A stretch of 64,000 nt of DNA from Squalus acanthias (taxonomy: Eukaryota): assembly GCA_030390025.1 (NCBI GenBank), contig CM059432.1:57538001-57602000 (forward strand), read 5' to 3'. The notes beneath the pieces are model-generated. The model saw nothing but the letters and a program-made list of their open reading frames with translations. It ran no database searches and had not been told where the DNA came from. This document shows, in pieces, positions 24,238 to 37,102 of the stretch. Numbering within the stretch: the first letter of the stretch is position 1; the number at the start of each line of letters is the position of its first letter. Made by a program: the position numbers and the translations under genes.

Positions 24238-24645
24238 TTCTTCTTCTTAGGCAGTCCCTCAGAACCGAGGATGACTTGCTTCCACATTAAAAATGAGTTC
24301 GCAGGTGACTGATGAGTCCAATGCGGGACCTACAGTCTCTGTCACAGGTGGGGCAGACGGTGGTTGAAGGGGCGGGTGGGTGGGGTGCTTGGGTTGACGT
24401 GCACTCCTTGCGCTGCCTGCGCTTGGCTTCCGCTTGCTCCCGGCGAAGAGACTCGAGGTGTTCGGCGCCTTCCCGGATGCTTCTCCTCCACTTTGTGCGG
24501 TCTTGGGCCAGGGATTCCCAGGTGTTGGTGCGGATGTTACACTTTTTCAAGGAGGCTTTGAGGGTGTCCTTGAAGCGTTTCCTCTGCCCACCTGGGGCTC
24601 TCTTGCCGTGCTGGAGCTCTGAGTAGAGCGCTTGTTTTGGGAGTC
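24238..24645 (-). mobile_element. RTE-clade LINE 3' fragment
   Basis: RLPKQALYSEL...GGQRKRFKD...CPTCDRDCRSRIGLISHLRTH with (aag)n tail; same family as 60270-61471. Confidence 0.9.
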
Positions 24646-24798
24646 TATTATTTATAGGAAAATGGCCCAAGACTTTATGAGATGATTTACTATTTTGTTA
24701 TCAACTCCTTTTCTAAATGAAAACTTTTTAAATTTAGCATTCTGCAATTGTTTATCAAAGAAAGCTATCCTTATATACTCAACAAAACATATAAGAGA

Positions 24799-24892
24799 CT
24801 GATGAAAGGTCATCGACCTGAAACGTTAACTCTGTTTCTCTCTCCACAGATGCTGCCTAACCTGCTGAGTATTTCCAGCATTTTCTGTTTTT
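24799..24892 (+). mobile_element. 94-bp Penelope terminal fragment beginning at the hammerhead core
   Basis: CTGATGAaAGGTCatcGACCTGAAACGTT; 10-bp TSD atataagaga at 24789-98 and 24893-902. Confidence 0.85.
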
Positions 24893-25240
24893 ATATAAGA
24901 GAACGTGATTCTTGGAGCCATGCAATGTCCTTTTTATAGACTGACCTTACATTCATTGTACAGCCAGGAGATTAACAGCACTGCAGAGGAGAACAGTTTT
25001 GTCTCATAAGAACATTGTTTTTCTCCTCTCATTGGTGTGTATAGAGAAGCAGCAGGGATGGCAGAAGATTGCATTCCCCTTTGAGATTATTAGCCTGCCT
25101 TCTTGTGACCAGGAGTCTTAAAAGCCACTGGCCTAGAAATTGGTTTGCCCCAGAAAATGGGCCTGGGGGGGTCGCAACCTGCGCCTGTTCAGAGGACTGC
25201 AGGTAGAACACAAACTTTGTGCTGCCTGCTCATTCATATG

Positions 25241-25982
25241 GGCCCAAAAATTCGTGAGGAGCCTTCGTGCGAGGGTAAGGCTTCCCCGCGATCTCTCACT
25301 GCGCGCTGGCTTTTTCAGTTCCAGCTCGCACGAACTTGATGTTCTGGACAGCTGCTGTGCTGGGCTTGCGTATCCCACAGGCGCAGTTAATTCGTGCGAG
25401 CTGTGGGATCACGTGACTCAGTTAGAGCCAATGGCAGCACACCATCTTCCATTCATAACTTTCACATAAGTGCTGTGAAAGCTATGAATACTATAGCCCC
25501 CCAAAAGAACAGCTAAACCTCAATTAAATTTTAAAAAAAACCATCACATTAATAAAATAAGTATAGTTAAATAAATTAACCATTTTAAATAAAAAATTAA
25601 ATTTTTGAAAAAATTTAAAATCTTTTAAAAAGTTATAAAAATAAACTTACCTGTCTTTAAAGTCTCTAAAAAAGATATACCTGTTAAAAAAAATTCAAAA
25701 TAATACTTAATTCACTACTTACCTTGTTAAAAGTGGGTCTTACTCCTCCTTTTTTTATGTGTAAAATCTTCCATACTTACCCGCGCGTTGAAACCACTAA
25801 GTGCACTGCATGCGCGCAGCCTGTAGCGCGCACGCGGTTCACCTAGGAACCGCCCCCTTTTCCATTCACCAAGTGCCGGTTTTCAGCGCATGCGCAGTGC
25901 ATGCAGAAAACCGGCAATTGGAGACAGAATACGCGAGAGTACACAGTGTGTACTCTCGCGTATCAACACAAATTTTTGGGCC
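25241..25982. mobile_element. Harbinger-type MITE (family A), inverted relative to 4182-4946
   Basis: Perfect 12-bp TIR ggcccaaaaatt / aatttttgggcc; TSD atg. Confidence 0.9.
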
Positions 25983-26188
25983 ATGATTGTGGCATTCAGC
26001 CCAGTGCTGAACGGGCTGCTGAGTGTCTGAACACTCAGCAGGGGGCCAAAATTCATGCAAGGCTAGCACCAATTAAAGCAAGCCTGTGCTACTTAAAGGT
26101 AGTCTGCACTTCTTAAAGGGGAGGTGCATTCTGCTTGCAGATCATCATTCAACTGGCTGAGGAAGACAGTGCAAAAACTCAAATCGTG

Positions 26189-26325
26189 ATGGCACAACAG
26201 GGGAGAGAGCATGCACCAAGGTTCTCCGATGCAGCACTGGAGGCCTCAGTTCAGGAGGTCAACTAGAGGAGAGAGGTCGTCTTTTCACCCGGGGGCCAGG
26301 AGACCCTCCAGGCAACAGACAAAAG
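26189..26325 (+). pseudogene. Exon 1 relic of the Myb/SANT gene of an older Harbinger
   Basis: Frameshifted ...EHAPRFSDAALEASVQEVN*RREVVF, homologous to RAQRFSERALDALVGAVERRRSILF at 39377. Confidence 0.7.
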
Positions 26326-26336
26326 TGCACTGGGAG

Positions 26337-27995
26337 CATAAGGACATAACAACATAAGAAATAGGAGCAGGAGTAGGCCATTCGGCCCATCGAGCCTGCT
26401 CCACCATTCAATGAGATCATGGCTGATCTTCGACCTCAACTCCACTTTTCCACACTATCCCCTGTTAGAGTTACGGGGTTCTGGCCAATTAAACCTTTCA
26501 CTCCTAAATTCCAAACAATTCAACTTGACCCGTATTTGTGACAGTGATTATATTTTATTCAGTGTGAGACTTGATACATTACAGCATCTGAGCAGTAGTC
26601 TAACAAGTTATAACATGAGTTATATTACCCGCTATGCCCTGGGTAGAAGTCGCGATCTCCACGAGTCCACCCGCCTCGGCCCTGGCCTCTAGGCTCCCTC
26701 GTCCACCCAGTGTGATGCGTGTGGGTCCTCCGCCAACCCGAATCCCTCCTCGGCTCAACTGGTGGATGTTCCCAAGCTCTTGGCCAAATGCCTCTACAAA
26801 CTAACTGTCTGAGAGACCCCTTCTTATACCCTTACTCTCATTCAAAACAGAGTCCCCCTGAACCAATCACTGGCCTACACCCAAAACCCAAAAGCCAATC
26901 ATAAAGATGCCACATTCGCAGCACCTTGGCTTACGCTGGTTTTAGTCTTATGACATCCTGACATCATCTCTATTTGACCATCAGGACTCATATCTGGGGT
27001 AGTAATGGCAACACAAACGGAACATGTCCCCATGTGTAGCGATATGGCGTCCTTGCTGTTTGCCTATGTTCTTAATTCACTGCTGACATCATAACATTCC
27101 AACACAGTGGCAGCTACACCTGACCTTGCTTCCCAGGCTAGCTGCCCTCTATTCGAGCATGGCAACCCTCTTTCTCACCCCATGCTGTCTGGTAACAGCT
27201 TACTCACAGCCTTTTAATTATAAGCAAAAGAGTTACATGTCATGTATAATTCAGGTTATCATTGCATACAGTTGATGATTACAAACTTCTGCATTTAATT
27301 CTTACACACGATTATAAATCCATTACTGATGATTATAAGATATTGATGGTTATAAGATATCAAAATACTATTCTAAAAATCAATTAATCCATGATAGTCT
27401 TCCAGTCCCTCTGCCTCTTATCTCAGTCCCTGGAATTCTATTAATTCTTTAGCCTTGTGTCCCACGAATTGGCTGCTGTCTTGTCTAATTTCTCCTTATG
27501 TGGCCCACGTCAAATTTTTTGTCTTATAACACTCCTGTGAAGAGCCTTGGGACGTTTTACTATGTTAAAGTTCCAAAAAAATACAAGTTGTTGTTGTTGT
27601 TGTTCTGCTAGGAAAGCTGTTGACTGCATCTTTAATTTGACCAAGCAATGCCCAGCACCTTGGTTTCTTCCATTTTAAATCTAATCATATCTACCCTGGG
27701 CATTTTACACTAGTTTAAAAGCATGATTATTCAAGAATCGCTGTACATCATGTAACAGTTACTTAATACAAACTTGAACCTATAACGAATAATACTTATT
27801 TAATTTAGCCCAAGTTAGTTAGTAGGCAGAATCTGAAATGAGGACTTCCCAGGATTCTCACACCCCATATCCTTAGGTTCCCTTAGTATCCAAAATCTCT
27901 GTCTTGAATATGCTTAACGACTGAGCATCCACAGCCCTCTGGGATAGAGAATTCCAAAGATTCACAACACTTTGAGTGAAGAAATTTCACCTACC
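26337..27995 (-). mobile_element. CR1 3' fragment split by a solo LTR
   Basis: Tail and 3' UTR at 26337-26462 resume at 27863 (ccccatatcc...agaattccaaagattcacaac). Confidence 0.8.
26463..27862 (-). mobile_element. 1400-bp solo LTR
   Basis: TGTTAGAG...TTCTCACA termini with 4-bp TSD cccc, cleanly interrupting a CR1. Minus-strand aataaa near 26555 suggests the orientation. Confidence 0.8.
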
Positions 27996-30716
27996 TCACC
28001 TCAGTCCCTTGCTGGCCATTCTTGGGAGGGGCATTGCTGAGGCCGAGGCCAGTGGCGGGCTGAAAGAGTGCAAGATGCCGGTATCCTCATACGTTATCCT
28101 CCTTTTACATAGGATTACATAGGATATACGGCAGAGAAACGGGCCATTCGGCCCAACCAATCCATGCCGGCGTTTATGCTCCACTCGAGCCTGCTCCCGT
28201 CTTTCCTTATCTAACTCTATCGGCATAACCCTCTATTCCCTTCTCCCTCATATCCTTAAATGCATCTATACTATTCGCTTCAACCACTCCCTGTAGTAGC
28301 GAGTTCCACATTCTCACCACTCTTTGGGTAAAGAAGCTTCTTCTGAATTCCCTATTGGATTTCTTGGTGACTATCTTATATTGATGGCCTCTAGTTATGC
28401 TCTTCCCCACAAATGGAAACATTCTCTCTGTATCCACTCTATCAAAACCTTTCATAATTTTAAAGACCTCAATTAGGTCACCCCTCAGCCTTCTTTTTTC
28501 AAGAGAAAAGCGACCCAGCCTGTTCATCTTTTCCTGATAGGTATACCCTCGCATTACTAGTATCATCCTTGTAAATCTTCTCTGCACCCTCTCCAGTGCC
28601 TCTATATCCTTTTTATAATATGGCGACCAGAATTGTAGGCAGTACCCCAAGTGTGGTCTAACCAAGGTTCGATACAAGTTTAGCATAACTTCACTGATTT
28701 TCAATTCTATCCCTCTAGAAATAAACCCTAGTGCCTGGTTTGCTTTTTTTAAGGCCTTGTTAACCTGTGTCGCTACTTTTAGTGATTTGTGTATTTGTAC
28801 TCCGAGATCCCTTTGTTCCTCTACCCCACCCAGACTTACACTCTCCAAGTAATAAGTGACCTCCCTATTCTTCCTACCAAAATGTAATACCTCACATTTA
28901 TCTGTGTTGAATTTCATTTGCCAATTATATGCCCATTCTGCAAGTTTATTAATGTCTTCCTGTAATTTGTTGCAGTCCTCCTGAGTGTTAACTAGGCCCC
29001 GCCCCCCAATTTGGTGTCATATCATCATAGAATCATAGAAATTTACAGCATAGAAGGAGGCCATTCAGCCCATCTTGTCCCTGCCAGCTGACAAAGAGCT
29101 ATCCAGCCTAATCCCACTTTTCAGCACTTGGTCCGTAGCCTTGTAGGTTACGGCACATCAAGTGCATATCCAAGTACTTTTTAAATGTGATGAGGGTTTC
29201 TGCCTCTACTACACTTTCAGGCAGTGAGTTCCAGACCACCACCACCCTCTGGGTGAAAAAATTTCTCCTCAAATCCCCTCTAAACCTCCAACCAATTACT
29301 TTAAATCTATGCCCCCTGGTTATCGACCCCTCTGCTAAGGGAAATAGGTCCTTCCTAACAACTCTATCTAGGCCCGTCATAATTTTATACACCTCAATTA
29401 GGTCTCCCCTCTGTTCCAAAGAAAACAACCCCAACCTATCCAATCTTTCCTCATAGCTAAAATTCCCCAGCCCAGGCAACATCCTCGTAAATCTCCTCTG
29501 CACCCTCTCCAGTGCAATCACATCCTTCCTGTAATGTGGTGACCAGAACTGCACGCAGTATTCTAGCTGCGGCCTAACTAGTGTTTTATACAGTTCAAGC
29601 ATAACTTCCCTGCTCTTATATTCTATGCCTCGGCTAATAAAGGAAAGTATCCCGTATGCCTTCTTAACCACCTTATCTACCTATCCTGCTACCTTCAGGA
29701 ATCTGTGGACATGCACTCCAAGGTCCCTCTGATCTTCTGCACTTCTCAGTGTCCTACCATTTATTGTGTATTCCCTTGCCTTGTTAGCCCTCCCTAAATG
29801 CATTACCTCACACTTCTCCGGATTGAATTCCATTTGCCACTGTTCTGCCCACCTGACCAGTCCAATGATATCTTCCTACAGTCTACAGTCTTCTTCATTA
29901 TCAACCACACGGCCAATTTTTGTATCATCTGCAAACTTCTTAATCATATTTCCTGTATTCAAGTCCAAATGATTGACATATACAAAGAAAGCAAAGGGTC
30001 CAGTACTGAGCCCTGTGGAACCCCACAGGAAACAGCCTTCCAGTCCCAAAAATACCCTCCGACCATTACCCTTTGTTTCCTGCCTCTGAGCCAATTTCGG
30101 ATCCAACTTGCCACTTTGCCTTGGATCCCATGGGCTTTTACTTTCGTGACCAGTCTGCCATGTGGGACCTTATCAAAAGCCTTGCTAAAATCCATATAGA
30201 CTATATCAAATGCACTACCCTCATCGACCCTCCTTGTTACCTCCTCAAAAATTCAATCAAGTTAGTCAGACACGACCTCCCCTTAACAAATCCACGCTGA
30301 CTGTCCCTGATTAATCCATGTCTTTCTAAATGAAGATTTATCCTGTCCCTCAGAATTTTTTCCAATAATTTTCCCACCACCAAGCTTAGGCTGACTGGCC
30401 TGTAATTACTCGGTCTATCCCTTTCTCCCTTTTTAAATAACGGTACCACATTAGCAGTCCTCCAGTCTTCCAGCACCACACCTGTAGCCAGAGAGGATTG
30501 GAAAATGATGGTCAGAGCCTCTGCTATTTCCTTTCTTGCTTCTCTTAACAGTCTGGGATATATTTTATCGGGGTCTAGGGATTTATCCACTTTCAAAGAT
30601 GCTAAGCCCCTTAATACTTTCTCTTTCACTATGCTTATTTCATCTAATATTTCACACTCCTCCTCCCTGATTACAATTTCTTCATTGTCCCTCTCTTTTG
30701 TGAAAACAGACACAAA

Positions 30717-31530
30717 GGGGGTGATTTTGCCACTGGGGAGCTTTTGGAGGCGGGACTCCCACTTGTCGGGTTTCAGTCCCGCCTCCATCCACTTCTGGCC
30801 AACCCATGCTATTTTCCCTTGATTGACCTTGTTAAGCCCGCCCAGTGGGCTTAGCAGGCCAATTAAGGGAAAGCCAGTTGCAGAGAATTTTTTGACAGAT
30901 GAATTGTCATCGTTTGACAGCTCTGTGAAGCTGTCAAACACTGACATTCTCTGTAGTTTGATGAGGTCTTGAATTCAAGACCTCATCAAACCTCTTTCTT
31001 TTGCAGAAATGAGATGGTTGTTGCATTGGAGAATGCAACGGCCATCTGTCATCTCTACCGCGGAGGTGCGAGACTCTCCGCATACCCACCGACTGAAGCC
31101 TGCAGGAAGAAACAAAGGTAAGTACACTTTTTCTAACACTTTGCACTTACCTCAGATACTCACCTCTTCACACTTGCACCCATCACTCACCTCCACAGCA
31201 CACTTTTGGACCCTTCCGACCCCCACAGACCCACTACTCGCCTCGGTGACCCTGGCGGGTTTCGGAGCCTTCGGGAAGCCCGCACTTGTGAGGGCAAAAA
31301 GGGGATAATCCTATTTTCTGCCTGTTAACTACCTGTTAACAGGCAGTTAAGTGGTTTTAATCCCTTTCCGCCGCCAAGGAGACGGGACCTGGCGCGGGAC
31401 AGCTACCCGCCTCCTGGCAAGATGGCATGGAGGCGGGTTGGGGCGGGTTGGCACCCACCCCCAAATTCTACCATTTTCTCAGCAGTCCCGCCTCCATACA
31501 CGCCTCCCCAGGGCTGGCAAAATTGCCCCC
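30717..31530. mobile_element. Harbinger-type non-autonomous element
   Basis: TIR gggggtgattttgcca / tggcaaaattgccccc (14/16); TSD aaa; splits a CR1 ORF2. Confidence 0.88.
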
Positions 31531-32186
31531 AAAGTATTCATTAAGAACCATACCCATGTCTTCCACCTCCACACACAGGTTACCTTTATGATCCCTAATA
31601 GGCCCTTTCTCTTACTTTAGTTATCCTCTTGCTCTTAATGTATTTATAAAACATCTTTGGGTTTTCCTTGATATTACTTGCCAATATTTTTTCATGCCCT
31701 CTCTTTGCTTTCCCAATTTTTTGCTTTTTAATTTCACCCCTGCACTTTCTATACTCCACTGGGGTTTCTGCAGTATTGAGCCCTTGGTATCTGTCATAAG
31801 CTTCCCTTTTTTTCTTTATCCTTCCCTGTATACCCCTTGACATACAGGGAGCTCTAGATTTGTTAGTCCCACCCTTTTTCTTTAAGGGAACATACTTGTG
31901 CTGAACCCTCACTATCTCCTCCTTCAATGCCTCCCACTGCTCTGACACTGATTCACCTTCAAGTTTCTGTCTCCAGTCCACTTTGGCTAAATCACATCTC
32001 AGCTTAGTAAATTTAGTTTTTCCCCAATTGAGAACTTTTATTCCTGGTCTATCCTTGTCCTTTTCCATAACTACGCTAACTCTAACTGAATTATGATCAC
32101 TACCACCAATATGCTCTCCCACTGATACCCTTTCCACCTGCCCAGCCTCATTCCCTAAAACTAGATCCAGAACCGCCCCCTCTCTT

Positions 32187-32306
32187 ACAATAGCAAAATA
32201 CTGCGGATGCTGGAAATCCGAAATAACAACAGAAAACGCTGGAAAAACTCAGCAGGCCAGGTAACATCCGTGGAGAGAGAAAGAGAGTTAACGTTTCAGG
32301 TCGAAA
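32187..32306 (-). mobile_element. Penelope terminal fragment, truncated inside hammerhead stem II
   Basis: Matches 7544-7660; 10-bp TSD cccctctctt at 32177-86 and 32307-16. Confidence 0.85.
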
Positions 32307-33159
32307 CCCCTCTCTTGTTGGGCTTACTACGTACTGGCTAAAAAAGTTCTCCTGAATGTATTTTAAGAATTCTGCTCCCTCTATGACTTTCACACTAATT
32401 TTATCCCAGTTAATATTAGGCAAGTTGAAATCCCCTACTATTACTGTCCTAAATTTTTGCATGTCTCAGAAATTTGCCTACATATTTGCTCTGCTATCCC
32501 CCTCTGACTGATTGTGGGTCTGTAGAACACTTTCAGCAGTGTGACTGCCCCTTTTTTGCTTTTCAGTTCAACCCATATGGCCTCGTTGGATGATTCTTCT
32601 AAGATATCATCCCTCCTCACAGCTGTAATTGTTTCTTTAATCAATATTGCGACTCTTTATCCTGCCTTTCTTTCAGCCATGTCTCAGTAATAGCTATAAT
32701 ATCATACTCCCATGTGTCTATCTGTGCCCTCAGCTCATCTGCTTTATTCCCTAGACTCCTTGCGTTGAAGTATATACCAATTAGCACTGCCAAACTCCCT
32801 TGTTGTCTATTTTCTAGCCTTTGTTTCCTCTGCCTTCCAAACTCGCTTACTAATTTTCTGCCTTCCATTTCCAGCTTTGCTTCTCTACCTTCTGAATCTA
32901 CTCTCAGGTTCCCATCCCCCTGCCAAGCTAGTTTAAACCCTCCCCAACAGCACTAGCATCCTCAAATTTAGAAATTGTGTTTTTGATTCCAATGTCTAAA
33001 TCATTAATATAAATTCTCACATCCCTGTTCTCACATCCCACTTCCCCCTCATCCCACAATCTCTTCTGATTTACAATCTGCACATGGTGTAAGCCTGCAC
33101 CTCTTGCTTTCTCCCCTCCCCTCACCACAACCCTACCCTTGTCCCTTTCTTATTTCAGA

Positions 33160-34496
33160 TACCCAAGAAATCCAACCTGCCCAGCCAGTGGTTGTAGAAG
33201 AAGCAGAAGAAAAAACACCATCACGCGATCTATCACTTGCAGCCACCAACTCAGATATTGGCACTGCGTGTAGTTTAGAGGGTAGCTTAGAGGCGTGATC
33301 TGCACATGGTGAGTCACCGGGCATGAGTGGGCTAAAGCCAGGGCAGGGGGAAAGGCTGGCGCAGGTGCAGACTCCCCGGAGTCAAGGTCGCATACAATTT
33401 CTGCTGTAGAGGACTCAGATGAGGACTTTGATGGGGCGGCCTAAAGAAGAGTGCTGATAGATATGCACAACAAAATGCTTAGTGCATTGGCAGATCTGCC
33501 AGAAAGCCTGAGTGAAATGTCAAGGAGCATGGAGGAGTCCAGCACCAACCATGCACAGGATTTTATGTAGAGCTTAGAGCCCATCCTTTCCAGCATGAAA
33601 GGGGTGGGCAGATCCATTAATGCACTTGTAGACCCAACCATCATGCAGCGTCTGATGGCCGATGTCTCAGCTTCCATTGCAGCATGAGCACAAGCCACCC
33701 TACATCTGAGTGCTGCAGTGGAAACTCAGACTGAAGTCATGCAAGCTCAGATTGCTGCCATCATGGCTGGGTTTACTATTGTGGAAAGGGGATTGCAGGG
33801 TGTCATAGCAGTCCAGCAATCTATTTAGGATTACATAGGAAATACAGCACCAAAACAGGCCCTTCGGCCCAACCAGTCCATGCCAGAGTTTATGCTCCAC
33901 ACGAGCCTCCTCCTGTCTTTCCTCATCTAACTCAGCATAACCCTCTATTCCCCTCTCCCTCATAGGCTTATCTAGCCTCCCCTTAAATGCACTATTCGCT
34001 TCAACCACTCCTTGTGGTAGCGAGTTCCACATTCTCACCACGCTCTGGGTAAAGAAGTTTCTTCTGTATTCCCTATTTGATTTCTTGGTGACTATCTTAA
34101 ATTGATGGTCTCTAGTTTTGCTCTTCCCTGTCCTCCAACAGTTTATTAGGATTGATGAGGTGCTGCCCCGGGTGAGTGGCAGTAGCTCTGTGGAGCATGA
34201 ACTTGCTGTCCTCTCTCAGCATTCGTCCCACTCCGACAGAGCCCTTGCTGTTACCTGTCAGCCAGCCAGCCCAGACTGATGCCACCCATTCTCAGATAGT
34301 GCAATCCGCAGCATGGCCTTCTAGGCCCAGAGCTGTTCGATGTCGTCTTCCAAGGCCATCTGCAGTCTCCTCCACTGAAAGTCAGCAACCTTCCACCAGC
34401 CATGCTGCAGCCACTGGGGTAGCACTGCGTAGGAGCACGAGGACAGGCAAAGGCACACAGAAGACAGGCACTAAGGGAATGCACAAGGGTGATTAG
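33160..34496 (+). pseudogene. Last exon relic of the older Harbinger Myb/SANT gene (CR1 3' fragment inserted at ~33826-34128)
   Basis: Acceptor ttatttcag at 33159. C-terminus IVQSAAWPSRPR...QQPSTSHAAATGVALRRSTR matches LVQSAAGPSRPR...QQPSTSFAAATEVPLRRSSR of 37402-37824. Confidence 0.75.
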
Positions 34497-34659
34497 TTTA
34501 CATTTGTATGTAAGATGGCATGATTTGATGTATACATTTGGTTTGTAATGTTTATTTTGTGTTGGCTTTTATTTTTACTTTGTGGTCAAGCGGAAGCTGT
34601 GATGTTCAGTGACCGAGGGAAGGTAAGGTGTGATGAATGGGGAATTGAGGTTGTGGTTA

Positions 34660-35265
34660 CTTGTATCGCACTCGGCTGAGTTCTTCATGGACACCCTGGC
34701 CAGAAAGGGGCTGTATAGGTTGCCTCTTCCCTCTTCCTCCTCCTCCTCTTCTTCCTCATCCTCCTACTCCTCCGTATAGCTGGTGGCAAGGGCCGTGCAC
34801 TGATGATGGTGCAGTTGTGCAGCATTCAACATACCACCACCCCAGAAGCCACCCTTTGGTTTGCCGTGGACAGCAAACTGTGCGATGTTGCAAATATCTC
34901 CAGCTCCAGCCTGTAAAGAGCCCGACGCATAAAAGTTCATCACCACGGTCACCTTCACAGCCACTGGCAATGCGGTCCTTGCCCTGCACTGAGGTTGCAG
35001 TTGTGGCTGCAGCAGGTGGCAGATTTCAGTGAGGACATCCTTACTGAAGCAAAAATATCTCACACATTGTTCGTCGCTGAGGTTCAGGTAGGAGAATTGT
35101 CCCTGAACACCCTGGGCAGATATGGTCTCCTGCTGAGAGCCCTTCTCCACCCCTCCTCCTCCCTCTTCCAGCAGCTTGTCTTGCTCTGTTTGTCCTCTGA
35201 TCATTCTCCAAGTTATGTTCTATTCCAAGGGGAATTCCTGCCAGTGCACCGATGTCTGGCAGCAA
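34660..35265 (-). pseudogene. Internally deleted Harbinger transposase of the older element
   Basis: SYLNLSDEQCVRYFCFSK...EICHLLQPQLQP...LPVAVKVTVVMNFYASGSLQ; the DDE core is missing. Confidence 0.85.
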
Positions 35266-35941
35266 GTCGATTGTGCAGAAGCCTTGAACTCAGGAAAAAG
35301 TCCTTCAGCACCTGCCACACCACTCTCTGTGGAGTTTGGCAACTTTAAACAACTATAGAAAGCACCAAACACTTGTAAACAAGTACCAATAGCCAAAAGA
35401 AATCAACCAGCAACTATCCTAGAGTCACAGGGGGAAAAATTCAGTTGGTTGCGCCTCCCGTTAGCGCCTTAAGAGGGCGCTAATGGGGCGCAAAGCAGCT
35501 AGCGCCTGGGCGCAGCGATGTTTGCGCCGCTCGCGAACTTAACTAGACATTGTGCGGCGGCGCTAAGCTTTACCGCCTGCGACCACCTGCGCACGCAGAT
35601 CTGTGACGTCATTCGATGGTGCAACGCCCTTGTGGCGCCCCGGAGCGGAAATTGAGTGGCGCCCCCTGCCTTACCGCCTGGCGCATCCAATGACCGGAAG
35701 ACTGGAACGCTATCAGTCGCTGTGGGGCTGGGGGGGCGCTATTTAAAGGGGGCCTCTTCCTGTCTTTCTCTGTGGTTGACATTTTTGCACCACTCGTTCT
35801 GAGAGAGAGAGAGAGATTCGGAGAGAGAGAAAGAGAGACTTCTGCATTGAGTCAACGCTTTGTGAGGTAGTTTTGGCTACTGATCATAACTTCGCTGGTA
35901 CTTTGGTTGCTGTCCTTCATAACTTTGCTTGCAAAGAGACT

Positions 35942-37102
35942 ATGGGGGCTGCACTGATTGGGGGCGTCGTCCTGCGCCAGCTGAATCGGAGGACACAGAG
36001 ACGCAGAGAGAGAGTGGCAATGATGGCCAGACGGAGGAGGGCCAACAGGCGTCTGTACAGGAGAGCTTACCCTCCCAGGGTATATCGTGAACAGCTCTCC
36101 TACATTCATATGTCTGAGGAGCAGTGTTTGCGAAGGCTGCGCTTCAGCAAGGAGGTGGTCACTGAGCTCTGCCACCTGCTGCAGCCAGATCTGCAGCCTC
36201 AACTGAGGTCCAGGACATCTCTGTCGGTGGCAGTGAAGATCACAGTGGCTCTAAACTTTTATGCTACTGGCTCATTTCAATCTGCTGCTGGGGACATCGC
36301 CAGTATCTCCCAGTTCGCGGTGCATTGCTGCATCCGTCAGGTCACAAATCCCTCTTTAAAAGGAGACGAGAGTACATCTCTTTCCCCATGACCCTAGACA
36401 AGCAGCAGTGAACGCGCTCTGGGCTTTGCGAGGATAGCGGGCTTCCCCATGGTGCAGGGCGCCATTGACTGCACGCATGGCTTTGCGTGCTCCGCATGAG
36501 AATGCTGAGGATTTCCGGAACAGAAAGGGGTTCCATTCCTTGAATGTTCAGTTGGTCTGTGACCACAGACAGCTGATACTCGCGGTCAATGCCCACTATC
36601 CTGGCAGCTGCCACGATGCTTTTATCCTGCGCCAGACTACTGTGGCAGAACTTTTCGAGGCACCGCATCAGCCAGTTGGTTGGCTTCTCGGGGACAAGAG
36701 GTATCCACTGAGCACCTGGCTGATGACACCGCTCCGTACGCCCAACACCCCTGCTGAGCTGCGGTACAACGAGAGCCATCAAGCTACCAGGAACATCGTT
36801 GAGCTGCACAATCGGCGTGCTGAAGCAACGGTTCCGCTGTCTCGACCATTCTGGAGGAGCCCTGCAGTACTCGCCTGAGCGAGTTTCCAACTTCGTAGTT
36901 GTCGTGCTGCATGCTGCATAACATGGCAATCGTCAGGACCCAGCCAATGCCACCAGGCCTTGGAGCACCACCAGAGGAGGAGGAGGAAGAGGAGGAAGAG
37001 GACGAGGAGGATGATCATCAGCAGCACCAAGGCGTGAGGGCGGCCCACAATGGTGAAACTGCAAGGGCCGTCCGTCAACGGCTGATAGCAAGCCGCTTCT
37101 AG
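35942..37102 (+). pseudogene. HARBI1-type DDE transposase with several frameshifts
   Basis: GAIDCTH (~36460), [49 protein letters not shown] and an acidic tail, spread over several frames. Confidence 0.92.

Larger units (their letters stand above)
29021..32953 (-). mobile_element. CR1 covering the ORF1 end and all of a decayed ORF2
   Basis: GEGLN* ORF1 end at 32928, YFNARSL endonuclease, RT fragments and an atcataga tail near 29025. Contains MITE 30717-31530 and Penelope end 32187-32306. Confidence 0.92.
28105..33015 (-). mobile_element. CR1 RT fragment (28105-29020 plus 32955-33015) split by a younger CR1
   Basis: IYINDLDIGIKNTISKFED at 32955-33015 continues with DTKLGG at ~29020; ORF 28207..28917. 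Confidence 0.8.
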
